The notes under the pieces are model-generated. The model did not search any database and was not told the DNA's origin. It worked only from the letters and a program-made list of their open reading frames with translations. Made by a program: the position numbers and the translations under genes. Below are positions 1 through 12,817 of a DNA stretch of 32,000 bases, piece after piece. Within the stretch, counting starts at the first letter, position 1. Every line of letters starts with the position of its first letter. Source of the DNA: Deinococcus radiodurans R1 = ATCC 13939 = DSM 20539 (GTDB lineage Bacteria; Deinococcota; Deinococci; Deinococcales; Deinococcaceae); the NCBI RefSeq assembly GCF_000008565.1, contig NC_001263.1:645776-677775 (forward strand), written 5' to 3'.

Positions 1-501
1 CCCCGCGGCATTCACGGCCTGAGCGACATCGTGGGCGACCCGGCGCACGCCTGTAGCGTGGGCATGGTGCTCTACGGCATCACCCAGGACGGGCGGGTGC
101 CGAGCGGTCTCGACGACGGCGGCGACCCTGCCGGTTATACCGAGTACGCGGGCCGCCACGACCAGGGCTACCCGCAGGGCGGCTACCCGGCGCCGGGCTA
201 CCTCACCGCGCCGACCGGCGGAACCCACGTCGCGCCGCAGGGCACCCCCGGCTCGTACCCGGGGCCCGGCTACGTGGTGTCGGGGGGCCAATCCCAGGGC
301 CAGCCGTATCCGCCCATGCCGAACACGGGCAGCCACAGCGCAGGCGTCCCCAGCATGAGCGGGCCGGTCATCGGCGGCCAGGTGGTCGGCGTGGACCCGC
401 ACGCCCAGGTGCTGGTGGACGGTCAGCCGCAACGGCCCCCGAGTGGCCCCAAAGTCAGTTTGATGGACCGGGTCAGGTCCCTGTTCCGCGACTGGTTCTG
501 A
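1..501 (+). CDS. ftsA: Cell division protein FtsA, C-terminal part (5' end outside the window)
   Basis: Frame 1 is open from nt 1 (PRGIHGLSDIVGDPAHACSVGMVLYG...), with stop TGA at 499-501. It lies directly upstream of ftsZ. It ends in an amphipathic helix (LMDRVRSLFRDWF) like the FtsA membrane-targeting sequence. A long P/G/Y/Q-rich linker precedes that helix. Confidence 0.75.
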   Translation, partial: PRGIHGLSDIVGDPAHACSVGMVLYGITQDGRVPSGLDDGGDPAGYTEYAGRHDQGYPQGGYPAPGYLTAPTGGTHVAPQGTPGSYPGPGYVVSGGQSQGQPYPPMPNTGSHSAGVPSMSGPVIGGQVVGVDPHAQVLVDGQPQRPPSGPKVSLMDRVRSLFRDWF

Positions 502-585
502 GCCGTTTTTTACCCTACTGAGACCACCCCCGCAGGCGACCCCACAGGGCGGGCGGGCGAAGACCAAAAGACTAAGGAGAACACC

Positions 586-1701
<1,116 letters not shown>

Positions 1702-1736
1702 CAGTCAGATCTGTAAAAAGTCAGCAGTTGAGCAAG

Positions 1737-1762
1737 CCGGGGCCACAGCGTCCCGGTTTTTT
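1737..1762 (+). terminator. Intrinsic terminator hairpin after ftsZ
   Basis: CCGGG(1737-1741)/CCCGG(1752-1756) stem followed by TTTTTT (1757-1762). It abuts the stop of the convergent gene. Confidence 0.5.
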
Positions 1763-2751
1763 CATCGCCAGGAAGACAGGCGCACCAGCAGTGCCCGGTG
1801 GTCGCTCAGGCGGTCCGGCAGGGCGCGGGCCTCGTCCACCTGGAGGCCGCTTTCCCACACATAGTCGATGCGCGAGTGACCGAGCTGTGCGGCGTGCGTA
1901 AAGCCGAAGCCTGACCCAGCTACAGCAAAAGCGTCTTGCAAGCCCAATACTCGCAAGCGGGCCGCGAGTTCGCCGCGTGGGGGCGCATTGAAGTCACCGA
2001 CGAACAGCGCCGGGCCGGGGCGCCGCAGTTGTCCGGCCACCAGGGAAAGGAAATCCCGCTTCACTTGCAGGCGTCGGCTGACCCGCTGCGGCAGCGTGCG
2101 CCCCAGCCGGGTATCGCTGCGGCTCGGCAGCAGGCCGTTGGTGGTGAGGTGGACGTTGTAGATGTTCAGGACTTGCCCGTCCCACCTCACCCGCATCCAC
2201 AGCAGGGCATGCGGCGAGTGGGGAAACGTGACCGGCCCCGCTTCCAGTAGGGGCAAACGCGAAAACGACAGCAACTCGTCGTGCTGCGCGAAGTGCCAGC
2301 CGGGGAGCGCCCGGCGCAGCGCCGCCGCGTAGGTCACCGTGTCGCGTTGCCGGGTCAGGCCTTCCTGAATCAGCAGCAGGTCGGCGCCTTCCCGCCGGGC
2401 GAGCGCGGCCACCTGCGCGGCGGGCGCCGAAGCGAAATCGGCGTTCAGGCTGAGGATTGTCAGTGGGCGGGCGTCGCTGGTCTGCACCGGGTGCCAGGTC
2501 CAGCCCGCCTGCCCCAGCAACGCAGCGAGCGCGAGCAGCGACAGGTTCAGCTCCCAGTTCTTATGGCGCCGGGCGGCCTGCACCGCCCACCACAGCGGCA
2601 GCGGCGCCCACACCTGCGGCGGCAGCAGGTCGAGGACGGACACCCACCACCAGGTCTCCGAGCGGGCGCGGACCAGGGCGCCCCAGCTGAGGGTCAGCAG
2701 CGTCAAGCCCAGCGGCCAGAGCAGGGAACGCCAGCGCGGCGCGGAAGACAT
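1762..2751 (-). CDS. Endonuclease/exonuclease/phosphatase (EEP) family protein with N-terminal membrane anchor
   Basis: 329-aa ORF. Hydrophobic N-terminal segments. EEP-type motifs ILSLNADF, DLLLIQE, GDFNAPP and a C-terminal SDHRALLV. Confidence 0.8.
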   Translation of the reverse strand: MSSAPRWRSLLWPLGLTLLTLSWGALVRARSETWWWVSVLDLLPPQVWAPLPLWWAVQAARRHKNWELNLSLLALAALLGQAGWTWHPVQTSDARPLTILSLNADFASAPAAQVAALARREGADLLLIQEGLTRQRDTVTYAAALRRALPGWHFAQHDELLSFSRLPLLEAGPVTFPHSPHALLWMRVRWDGQVLNIYNVHLTTNGLLPSRSDTRLGRTLPQRVSRRLQVKRDFLSLVAGQLRRPGPALFVGDFNAPPRGELAARLRVLGLQDAFAVAGSGFGFTHAAQLGHSRIDYVWESGLQVDEARALPDRLSDHRALLVRLSSWR

Positions 2752-2860
2752 GTCGCCAGGATAGAGAGCGGCGCGGCTCCGGGCGTCCGTCCAAAGGTGG
2801 ACTCACTTCGTCAGACCTCTCTCGCTCTCTCCCCTCGCCAGCCTCTACCTTGAGGAGCAG

Positions 2861-3568
2861 ATGAACTTCTCCACTTCCTTCTGGCAGGGCTTCCGGGCGC
2901 TGGTGCCGCTGTGGCTGGGCACGGTGCCCTTTGCGCTGGCCTACGCCGTGACGGCCCGGGCGGCGGGTCTGAGCGTGGGGGACACCTGCCTGATGAGCCT
3001 GACCACCTTCGCCGGGGCCTCGCAGTTCGCGGCGGCGGGGCTGTTCGGCGCCCACGCGGGCGGGCTGAGCATCGTCCTGACCACCTTTTTGCTCAACGCC
3101 CGGCATCTGCTCTACGGCCTGAGCCTGGCGCGGGAGCTGCGGCTGACCCTGCCCCAGCGCGTGGTTGCCGCGCAGTTTCTGACCGATGAGGCGTATGGCG
3201 TGGCGGTGGTCAGCGGCGCCCGGTTGCCCGGCGGCCTGACCTTCGCCTTTCTGCTCGGCGCCGAACTCAGCCTGTACCTGTCGTGGAATGTCAGCACCCT
3301 GCTCGGCGCCCTTGCCGGGTCGGTGCTGCCCCCGCCCGAGCAGCTCGGGGTGGGCGTGGTCTTTCCGCTCGCTTTCCTCGGGCTGCTGGTGCCGCTGGTC
3401 GTGGACCGCCTCAGCCTGCTGGTGGCGCTGGCCGCTGGCCTGGGCGGGTGGGCGCTCTCGCGGGTGCTGCCGGGCGGGCTGGTCATCCTGCTCGCCGGGG
3501 TCGGCGGGGCGCTGCTGGGGGCGGCCCTGCTCACGCGGCGGGAACAGCGGGCGGGAGTGCGGGCATGA
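2861..3568 (+). CDS. azlC: AzlC family branched-chain amino acid exporter subunit
   Basis: 235-aa polytopic membrane ORF with AzlC-like FALAYAV...LMSLTTFAGASQFAA. Stop overlaps the next start (ATGA at 3565-3568). Confidence 0.85.
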   Translation: MNFSTSFWQGFRALVPLWLGTVPFALAYAVTARAAGLSVGDTCLMSLTTFAGASQFAAAGLFGAHAGGLSIVLTTFLLNARHLLYGLSLARELRLTLPQRVVAAQFLTDEAYGVAVVSGARLPGGLTFAFLLGAELSLYLSWNVSTLLGALAGSVLPPPEQLGVGVVFPLAFLGLLVPLVVDRLSLLVALAAGLGGWALSRVLPGGLVILLAGVGGALLGAALLTRREQRAGVRA

Positions 3569-3861
3569 GCGTTCTCGCCGTGCTCTTGCTGATGTGGGCG
3601 GTCACCTATCCCATGCGTTTCCTTGGGCTGTCGCTCGGCGGCGTACGGCTGCCGCCCTTCTGGCTCAATTTCCTGAAGTTTGTGCCGGTCAGCGTCTTCG
3701 CCGCGCTGGTCGTGCCGGACGTGCTCGGCAGCCCGGAATGGACCTGGCGCCTGCCCGCCGCCCTGGTCGCGGGCCTGCTCATCTGGCGCACGAAGAACCT
3801 CGGCGCCGGCATCATCGCGGGCTTCGCGGCGTACTGGCTGGCGCGGGTGGCGGGGTTGTAG
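3565..3861 (+). CDS. azlD: AzlD family small membrane protein
   Basis: ATG at 3565 lies in frame within track ORF 3283..3861 (MSVLAVLLLMWAVTYPMRFLG...). About 98 aa and hydrophobic. Translationally coupled to azlC. Confidence 0.75.
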   Translation: MSVLAVLLLMWAVTYPMRFLGLSLGGVRLPPFWLNFLKFVPVSVFAALVVPDVLGSPEWTWRLPAALVAGLLIWRTKNLGAGIIAGFAAYWLARVAGL

Positions 3862-3917
3862 CACTGCAAAGCTGCGCTTCCAACTCGGGAGGCGCAGCCC
3901 ATGTCCTGCTCGTGGAA

Positions 3918-4918
<1,001 letters not shown>

Positions 4919-4922
<4 letters not shown>

Positions 4923-5878
4923 GAGGGGTCCTCGCCTGACATGGTAGCTGCGTCTGGTAGGGGGGTCGGGGAGGCGACCGGCCCGCCCGCTTGCAGCGCC
5001 AGGGCGTAAGCCTCGTTCTTGCGCATTCCCGCCGCCATCAGCCGGGCACGCAGGTCACGCACGCTCAGGCCCTCGGCGGCGAGCTGCGCGGCCAGAGCGG
5101 AGAAATCGGGCGCTCCCGCTTGGGCTTCCTCGTCACTGCGGCCTCCCACCACCACTACGATTTCGCCGCGTACACCCTCGGCAAAATGGGGCGCCAGCTC
5201 GCTCAGCGGGCCGCGCCGCGTTTCCTCGAAGCGCTTGGAGAGTTCGCGGGTCACGCTCGCCGGGCGCCCCTCGCCGCAACTCGCCGCGAGGTCGAGCAGC
5301 GTGGCGTGCAGGCGGTGCGGGCTCTCGTACAGGATGGTCGTCTCCGCCCGCGCCGCGAGGGCCGCGAGCCGTTCCTTGCGCTCACGTCCACTGCGGGGCA
5401 AAAAGCCTTCGAAGGTAAAGCGAGCGGTGGGCAGCCCCGAGAGCACCAGCGCGGGCACGAAGGCCGTCGCGCCGGGCAGCACCTCCACCGGAATGTCCTG
5501 AGCCACGGCAGCCTGCACCAGTTCGGCGCCGGGGTCGCTGATGCCGGGCGTGCCCGCGTCGGATACGTAGGCGAGCCGGGGATACTTTTCCAGCACCTGC
5601 GCGGCGCGGTGCATGGTGTGGGCGTCCAGACGTACCAGCGGGCGGCGAATATCGAGGTGCGAGAGCAGCGCCCCGGTGCGGCGGGTGTCCTCGCACGCCA
5701 CCGCGTCGGCCCCGCGCAGCACCTCCAGCGCCCGCAGCGTCAGGTCGCCGAGGTTGCCGACGGGGGTGGGGACCAACCAGACGCGGCTGCCATCCGTACT
5801 CTCCAGCGTGCCAGCGGTGTCCCAGTCGAACTCGGCCTCAGCGTCGGCAGCCTCCAGCGGCACTTCTTCAGTCCTCAT
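4919..5878 (-). CDS. rsmI: 16S rRNA (cytidine1402-2'-O)-methyltransferase RsmI
   Basis: [35 protein letters not shown] and [12 protein letters not shown] motifs. There is an N-terminal extension of about 35 aa, so the true start is uncertain. Confidence 0.88.
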
Positions 5879-6101
5879 CCGGCTCCGGGGGACACTTTTC
5901 CAGCGCCAGGCGCGGGCTTTGCGGCTTGAGGCGAATTCTGACTTTGGGGGCGCGGCGAATCACGTTGCTGATGCGGGCGCGCAGCAGTTCGGTTTCGCCG
6001 ACGGTCACGGTGACGGCGGTGCCTTCGGGCAGTCGGGCGCCAATCACCACGACCACGCCGTTTTCCACGATGCCCGGATAAGCTCTCACGCGGCGCTCCA
6101 C
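5868..6101 (-). CDS. Small hypothetical protein (DUF104/AF2212-like antitoxin-type N-terminus?)
   Basis: 77-aa ORF overlapping the rsmI start by 11 nt. N-terminus AYPGIVENGVVVVIGARLPEGTAVTVTV resembles the YENGVxxP...LPEGxxVxV pattern of DUF104 proteins. The coding status itself is uncertain. Confidence 0.35.
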   Translation of the reverse strand: MERRVRAYPGIVENGVVVVIGARLPEGTAVTVTVGETELLRARISNVIRRAPKVRIRLKPQSPRLALEKCPPEPDED

Positions 6102-6183
6102 AGGGGAAGTCGGCGCAGGGGGGAAAGGTCGGTCATGGTGCTGCTATTGTGGCGCTTCCGGGCCGGGGCGACACGGAGGCGGC

Positions 6184-6612
6184 TCACGCTTGCTCCCTTT
6201 GTGCCCGGCGCTGACGCCGCTCGGCCTGGCTGAGCGCCTCGCGCAGCGCCACGATTTCCGACTCGCGGGCGCCTCCCAGGCGTGAGTAACGGTCAATCAC
6301 CTCGGCGGCCTCACGGCGACGCCCCAGCGCGAGCAGCATCTGCCCGAGGTGCTCCCCCTCTAAGAAGTAGGAGCGCGAGTCGTCGGGGTCGGCGGCGACC
6401 TGGGCGCGGGCCTCTTCCAGCCGCGAGAGCCGCAGCGAGTGCCGCGCTACCTGCCAGCGCACCAGATACGCCGTGATGCCGAACACCAGCACCGCCCCCA
6501 GCACCGCCGCGCCCAGCGCCTCGGGAATCCCCAGCGCCGCGCCCAGCCGCACCGTGATGGGAAAACAGAACGCCAGCACCACCAGCACGGCCAACGTGGC
6601 GGCGTAGTTCAC
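6184..6612 (-). CDS. Hypothetical membrane protein (two TM helices plus helical Arg/Glu-rich tail)
   Basis: 142-aa ORF with two clear hydrophobic helices and no recognisable family motif. Confidence 0.5.
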   Translation of the reverse strand: MNYAATLAVLVVLAFCFPITVRLGAALGIPEALGAAVLGAVLVFGITAYLVRWQVARHSLRLSRLEEARAQVAADPDDSRSYFLEGEHLGQMLLALGRRREAAEVIDRYSRLGGARESEIVALREALSQAERRQRRAQREQA

Positions 6613-6818
6613 AGGGGGTGACCTCGCAAAAGCATTGAGGTCAGTTTAGAGCATTTGACAAAAAGATGGCACAGCTTTTTGGCGAGCGGAGCGAGAACAA
6701 AACACAGAGCAGGACGGACTTGCAAAGCTGCGAAGCAGAGAATGGAGCGGGTGGCGGTGCTGTTCCGACGCACGCGTAATTCGGAGAACTGCTCTAGCGG
6801 CCCAGCGTGCGGGTGCGA

Positions 6819-6850
6819 GAAAAATAAAAAAACTCCCCCGCAGAGGAGGA
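6819..6850 (-). terminator. Intrinsic terminator downstream of the tRNA pair
   Basis: The minus strand reads CTCCTC-TGCG-GGGGAG, followed by TTTTTTTATTTTT. Confidence 0.55.
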
Positions 6851-6858
6851 GCTCAACT

Positions 6859-6935
<77 letters not shown>

Positions 6936-6949
6936 TTGCACGCAAAATC

Positions 6950-7026
6950 TGGTCGGGAAGACAGGATTCGAACCTGCGACCCCCTGGTCCCAAACCAGGT
7001 GCGCTACCGGCCTGCGCTACTTCCCG
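6950..7026 (-). tRNA. tRNA-Pro (anticodon UGG)
   Basis: Minus strand: CGGGAAGTAGCGCAGGCCGGTAGCGCACCTGGTTTGGGACCAGGGGGTCGCAGGTTCGAATCCTGTCTTCCCGACCA. It is 77 nt, with a perfect anticodon stem CCTGG/CCAGG, loop TTTGGGA and encoded CCA. Confidence 0.92.
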
Positions 7027-7042
7027 GACGCGTGCACAAAAA

Positions 7043-7072
7043 AGTATACCGGAAGGAGACAGACCCCGGCAA
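7043..7072 (-). promoter_or_regulatory. Candidate sigma-70-type promoter for the tRNA-Pro/tRNA-Gly unit
   Basis: The minus strand reads TTGCCG-N18-TATACT, ending about 16 nt upstream of the tRNA-Pro 5' end. This is a pattern match only. Confidence 0.35.
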
Positions 7073-7223
7073 GGGGGCCCGGCAAAGCGTCCCTTTTTTT
7101 GCTTCCCCGGCTGCGCCATACTGTCCGTGCTGCCCGCTGTGGCACGCGGCGACGGGGAACCGACGGGCGACATCCCTCTCCAGGCCGTTCTGCGAGACGC
7201 TGCCCCGCGCCCAAGGAGAATCT

Positions 7224-8450
<1,227 letters not shown>

Positions 8451-8471
8451 GCCGCCAGAGAATGAGCTGAG

Positions 8472-8512
8472 AAAAAAGGGCCGGAGGGGGTAAACCTTCC
8501 GGCCCCTTTCTC
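8472..8512. terminator. Bidirectional intrinsic terminator between metK and the convergent lipoprotein gene
   Basis: AAAAAA-GGGCCGGAGG...CCTTCCGGCCC-TTTCTC. The GC-rich hairpin is flanked by an A-run and a T-rich tract. Confidence 0.55.
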
Positions 8513-8532
8513 GTTCCAGCCTCGTTCTGTCT

Positions 8533-9279
8533 TCAGGGCGTGATAGTCACGGGGATGTCGAACACCCCGAAATCCAATTTCTGCCTTTCAAAGTCCAGGT
8601 CCTTGAGGCGAACGCGCAGGGTGTACTCCCCGGCGGGAAGGGGCAGCCGCTCGTTCATGCGGTTCAGCGGGACACGGAAGGGAAAAAAAGGGCACTCACT
8701 CTTGGCTGGGCATTTGACGGTGTAGGCGCTCGGGGTAAATATGTTGATGCCTCGGTAACTTACTGTCTGGCCGGTAGTATTCAGCAACTCATAATCGTAG
8801 TTGCTTTCTCCGCCTGTAAGATCGCTTGCCGCACCGGTATTGAAAAATGCGAGGGGCACTACCAGTTGTGCGCCATGCCGCGCGGTCAGACGCGCCGGCA
8901 AGCGCAGTTGCAACGGCCCTGGCGCGGACGGCGCGGCGAGTTGAAGCTGAGGTGGGGGAATGATTTTGACCGTCGCTTGAAGGTCCGCCTTGCTCAGCTT
9001 GGCTGCCACCTCTGCCGGAGTCACGAACCCGGCCACCGTGACGAAAAGATCGCTGCAATCGGCCTTGCTGTATCCACTGCTGCGGAAAGCCATCGGCAGG
9101 TCGCTGCCCTGAACCACATGCATGACCTGTTCCATCCGATTCTTGCAGGCGAGTTCCTGCGCCAGCGAAGGCCGCTGAACGACGAGCTGAGGCCTACTCG
9201 TCGCCTCCATCCCGCACCCGCTCAGCGACAGCAAGCCACATAGTGTGAGGGCCAGCCGCCCGCCTGCCCTTCTGTTCAT
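8533..9279 (-). CDS. Hypothetical lipoprotein
   Basis: 248-aa ORF with signal peptide and lipobox (LLSLSGC). No recognised domain. Confidence 0.6.
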   Translation of the reverse strand: MNRRAGGRLALTLCGLLSLSGCGMEATSRPQLVVQRPSLAQELACKNRMEQVMHVVQGSDLPMAFRSSGYSKADCSDLFVTVAGFVTPAEVAAKLSKADLQATVKIIPPPQLQLAAPSAPGPLQLRLPARLTARHGAQLVVPLAFFNTGAASDLTGGESNYDYELLNTTGQTVSYRGINIFTPSAYTVKCPAKSECPFFPFRVPLNRMNERLPLPAGEYTLRVRLKDLDFERQKLDFGVFDIPVTITP

Positions 9280-9288
9280 CCCGTCAGT

Positions 9289-9798
<510 letters not shown>

Positions 9799-9821
9799 TC
9801 ACCTTATCCCGGCGTGGCCTG

Positions 9822-10382
9822 TTAGGGCTCGTCGCCGGACGCCGCGTCGCGCCAGTAAAATGTCAGCACGTTGCTGCCCTGACGCCGCACGTCGCGCAGG
9901 TAGCCGGGATGCTCGGGCAGCGTCACCTGGGTGGGGTGCTGGCAGATGACCACGCCGCCGGGCCGCACCGCGCCGCTGCTGAGCACCGCCCGCGCCACGG
10001 CGGGAATATCGGCCTGATACGGCGGGTCGCTGAAGATGATGTCGGCCTGTCCGGCGCGCGGCAGTTGCCCGAGCGCGTCGCCCTTGAAGACCCGCGCGTT
10101 CAGCCCCAGGCCGCGGGCGTTGCGTTCCAGGGCGCCCACCGCCCGGCTGTCTTTTTCGATCAGGGTGACGCGGTAGCCCCGGCTCGCCGCTTCGAGGCCG
10201 ATGGCGCCGCTGCCGCCGTGCAGGTCCACGAAGTGGGGAAAGCGCCCGGCAGGTGCGCGGGCGGCGAGCAGGTCGAACAGGCTTTTGCGAATGCGGGCGC
10301 CGCTGGGGCGCGCCGACTCGGGCACCCGCAGTTCGCGGCCTTTGGCGACGCCGCCGAGAATCCGAATGCTCAAGGGGAACAC
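9822..10382 (-). CDS. rsmD: 16S rRNA (guanine966-N2)-methyltransferase RsmD
   Basis: IRILGGVAKGRELRVP N-terminus, DLHGGSGAIGLEAASRG SAM-binding loop, and FSDPPY catalytic motif. GTG start. Confidence 0.85.
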   Translation of the reverse strand: MFPLSIRILGGVAKGRELRVPESARPSGARIRKSLFDLLAARAPAGRFPHFVDLHGGSGAIGLEAASRGYRVTLIEKDSRAVGALERNARGLGLNARVFKGDALGQLPRAGQADIIFSDPPYQADIPAVARAVLSSGAVRPGGVVICQHPTQVTLPEHPGYLRDVRRQGSNVLTFYWRDAASGDEP

Positions 10383-10426
10383 CTCATCCTGCGAGGATAG
10401 CCGCTGCGCCCTCCCTGGGCACAGGC

Positions 10427-10458
10427 AAAGAAAAACCGCCCCCGGTGTGGAGGCGGTT
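10427..10458 (-). terminator. Intrinsic terminator after the 10475..11095 lipoprotein gene
   Basis: The minus strand reads AACCGCC-N11-GGCGGTT, followed by TTTTCTTT. Confidence 0.55.
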
Positions 10459-10474
10459 CTGGATAGAGGAATGC

Positions 10475-11095
10475 TCAGCGCATCGTCATCGTGATCGGGG
10501 TGCAGATCACGCCGCTGTCGGCCAGCGCGCCGCTGAAGTCGCGCCCGTGGTGCACGTTGATGTACGCCGCGTCGCGGATCAGCGCGGTGGGCACGATGCC
10601 CGTCAGCGTGACCTTGCCGTCGGCGCTCGCCTGGGCGATCATGCGGCTTTCCATGATGGCGGGGCCGTCACTGTTACAGGGGTTGGGTGCCGCCGTGACC
10701 GGGGCCATGGTGACGGTGGTGGTCATGTCGGTGCTCGCCGCGACCGTGGTGTCGGTGCTCGTCGTGCTAGTCGAAGCGGTGGTGGTCGCCGTCGCGTCGG
10801 TCGAGGACATCGCCATGTTGGTGTTGGTGGCGGGCGCGCTGCCCATGGGGGCGGCGGTGCCCATCTTGTGGTAGTGCGCCACGTAGATCGCGTAGGGGGC
10901 CATCCCGGTCAGGGTGATGGTCGTGCGGGTCACGCCGAGCGTCTCACTGATCTTGGCGGTGCCCGCCGGAGCGTACACGGGGCCTGCCGGTTTCACGACG
11001 GCCTGGGGGGCGAGGGTATAGGTGCCTTCGGTGGGGCCGGCCATGGTGCAAGACGCGAGGACCAGTGGCAGAGCGATCAGAGCCAGTTTCTTCAT
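10475..11095 (-). CDS. Lipoprotein with two related (CHRD-like?) half-domains joined by a T/S/A-rich linker
   Basis: Lipobox LVLASC. Internal duplication: TITLTGMAPYAIYVAHYHKMG versus VTLTGIVPTALIRDAAYINVHHG. Low-complexity stretch SSTDATATTTASTSTTSTDTT between the halves. Confidence 0.6.
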   Translation of the reverse strand: MKKLALIALPLVLASCTMAGPTEGTYTLAPQAVVKPAGPVYAPAGTAKISETLGVTRTTITLTGMAPYAIYVAHYHKMGTAAPMGSAPATNTNMAMSSTDATATTTASTSTTSTDTTVAASTDMTTTVTMAPVTAAPNPCNSDGPAIMESRMIAQASADGKVTLTGIVPTALIRDAAYINVHHGRDFSGALADSGVICTPITMTMR

Positions 11096-11236
11096 GAGCT
11101 TTCCTCCTTGGAGTTGAACAAGTGATGGTCTCCGCTGGCCCCACGATCAAGCGTGACCTGCAACACAGTATGAGAAGGGGATAAAAGGGAAGGGCGGAGG
11201 CTGGCACGCTGGCCCTGCGGCCCGCACAATGGCGAC

Positions 11237-11818
11237 GTGCTGCCTCTCACCGCTGCCATCACCGCCGGGGGGGCGTCGAGCCGCTTCGGAAGCGACAAGG
11301 CGCTGGCGCTGTGGCAGGGGCGCCCGCTGCTGGACCAGGTGGCGGCGGGCCTGGCTGCGTGCGAGCGGCGGCTCCTCATCGCCCCCCCGGGCAAATACGC
11401 GCTGCCCGGCTGGGAGACGTGGCCCGATACTCGCCCCGGCGAAGGTCCACTGGCCGGCCTGGAAGTGGCCCTGACGCACGCGGCGCCGGGCTGGGTGGCG
11501 TTCACCGGCGTGGATAACCCAGCGCTGACTTCCGACTACTGGCTCACCTTGCTCGCCGCCTGCCGCCCCGGCATGTCGAGCGTGCAGGCCCTCCACCCGG
11601 AGCGCGGCCCCCAGCCGCTCGGGGCGCTGTACCACACGGCTCTGCTTCCCCGCGTCACCGGGCTGCTCGCTGCGGGCGAACGCCGCCTACGCCTTACCGC
11701 TCCCGCCGAACAGACCGTCCTCGTCACCGGCTTAGGTGCGCACTTTTTCCAGAATGTGAACCGCCCAGCCGACCTCGCGGAGCTGAGCGGTAGGGGAGAG
11801 GAGAGCTTGGAAGTCTAA
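11237..11818 (+). CDS. mobA: Molybdenum cofactor guanylyltransferase
   Basis: AAITAGGASSRFGSDKALALWQGRPLLD, plus VAFTGVDNP (MobA signature). GTG start. Confidence 0.8.
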   Translation: MLPLTAAITAGGASSRFGSDKALALWQGRPLLDQVAAGLAACERRLLIAPPGKYALPGWETWPDTRPGEGPLAGLEVALTHAAPGWVAFTGVDNPALTSDYWLTLLAACRPGMSSVQALHPERGPQPLGALYHTALLPRVTGLLAAGERRLRLTAPAEQTVLVTGLGAHFFQNVNRPADLAELSGRGEESLEV

Positions 11819-11821
11819 GTT

Positions 11822-12757
11822 TTACTCGTAGCCGAGTTCGCGCAGGGCTTCTTCGTCTTCGCGCCAGCCGGGAATCACGATGACTTCGAGGCCGAGATAG
11901 ACCTTGTGGTTCAGGAAGACTTCGAGCTGCTTGCGGGCCGCCTGCCCGATTTCGCGGAGTTGCTTGCCGCCCGCGCCGATGACCATGCCCTTGTGGGCGT
12001 TTTTCTCGACGATGATTTCGCCTTCGATGCGTTGCAGGCCGTCTTCGCGCTCGGTCCAGCGGTTCACGCGGGTGGCGACGGCGTAGGGGAGCTCGTCGCG
12101 CAGCTTTTTCATCGCTTCCTCGCGGATGATTTCGGCGGCCCACATCTCGCGGCTCTGGTCGCTGGCGGCGCCCTGCGGGAAGAAGAAGGGGTTTTCGGGC
12201 AGCACTTCGAGCAGTTGCTCGCGCAGGGTGGCGACCGCGTTCACGCTGTTTTGCGCCGAGAGCATCGTCTCGCTGACGGGCAGGTCACTGCCCCGGCCTT
12301 CGAGCAGCGCGCCGTAGAGCTTCATCGCCTCCTCGGGGTACTTGGCGGCGTCGGTCTTGTTGCCGACCAGAAACAGCGGCTTGGGCAGGTCACGCACCGA
12401 GTTGGCGACCAGCCGGTCCTCGTCGGTGGGCGGGTGGCGCAGGTCCACGACCCACACCACGGCGTCCACGTCCGAGAGCGCCGAGTGGACTTCGCTGTTC
12501 ATGTACTTGCCGAGCGCGTCCTTGGGTTTGTGCAGCCCCGGCGTGTCCACGAAAATCAGTTGGCGGTTGTCGAGCGTGTAGATCCCGCGCACGCCCCGGC
12601 GGGTGGTCTGGGGCCGGGGGCTGGTTGGGGCCACCTTGGTGCCCAGGAAGGCATTGAGCAGCGTGGATTTGCCCACGTTGGGCTTGCCGACGATGGCGAC
12701 GAATCCGGCGTGGGTCGTCGGGTCTTGCAGGTCAGGAGACGCGGAAAAATCGGTCAT
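11822..12757 (-). CDS. era: GTPase Era
   Basis: ATG at 12757 (MTDFSAS...). G1 [13 protein letters not shown]2 PQTTR, G3 DTPG, G4 NKTD, and a C-terminal KH domain ([22 protein letters not shown]). The 596-aa track ORF upstream of this ATG is R/G/A-rich shadow sequence. Confidence 0.95.
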   Translation of the reverse strand: MTDFSASPDLQDPTTHAGFVAIVGKPNVGKSTLLNAFLGTKVAPTSPRPQTTRRGVRGIYTLDNRQLIFVDTPGLHKPKDALGKYMNSEVHSALSDVDAVVWVVDLRHPPTDEDRLVANSVRDLPKPLFLVGNKTDAAKYPEEAMKLYGALLEGRGSDLPVSETMLSAQNSVNAVATLREQLLEVLPENPFFFPQGAASDQSREMWAAEIIREEAMKKLRDELPYAVATRVNRWTEREDGLQRIEGEIIVEKNAHKGMVIGAGGKQLREIGQAARKQLEVFLNHKVYLGLEVIVIPGWREDEEALRELGYE

Positions 12758-12817
12758 CGTTCCGTATTGTCTCACGGCCTGTGCGCCCGGCGCGCCCCGA
12801 CCCTCTACACTCCGTTC

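Noticed and set aside
7030-7223. Possible SAM riboswitch in the metK leader (a CCCGGCAA-like element at 7065-7090)
   Set aside because: I could not assemble the SAM-I core (no GAGGGA...GGTGC...AGA closing helices in the right order), and the CCGGCAA element fits better as the -35 of the divergent tRNA promoter. A covariance-model scan (Rfam SAM families) would settle it.
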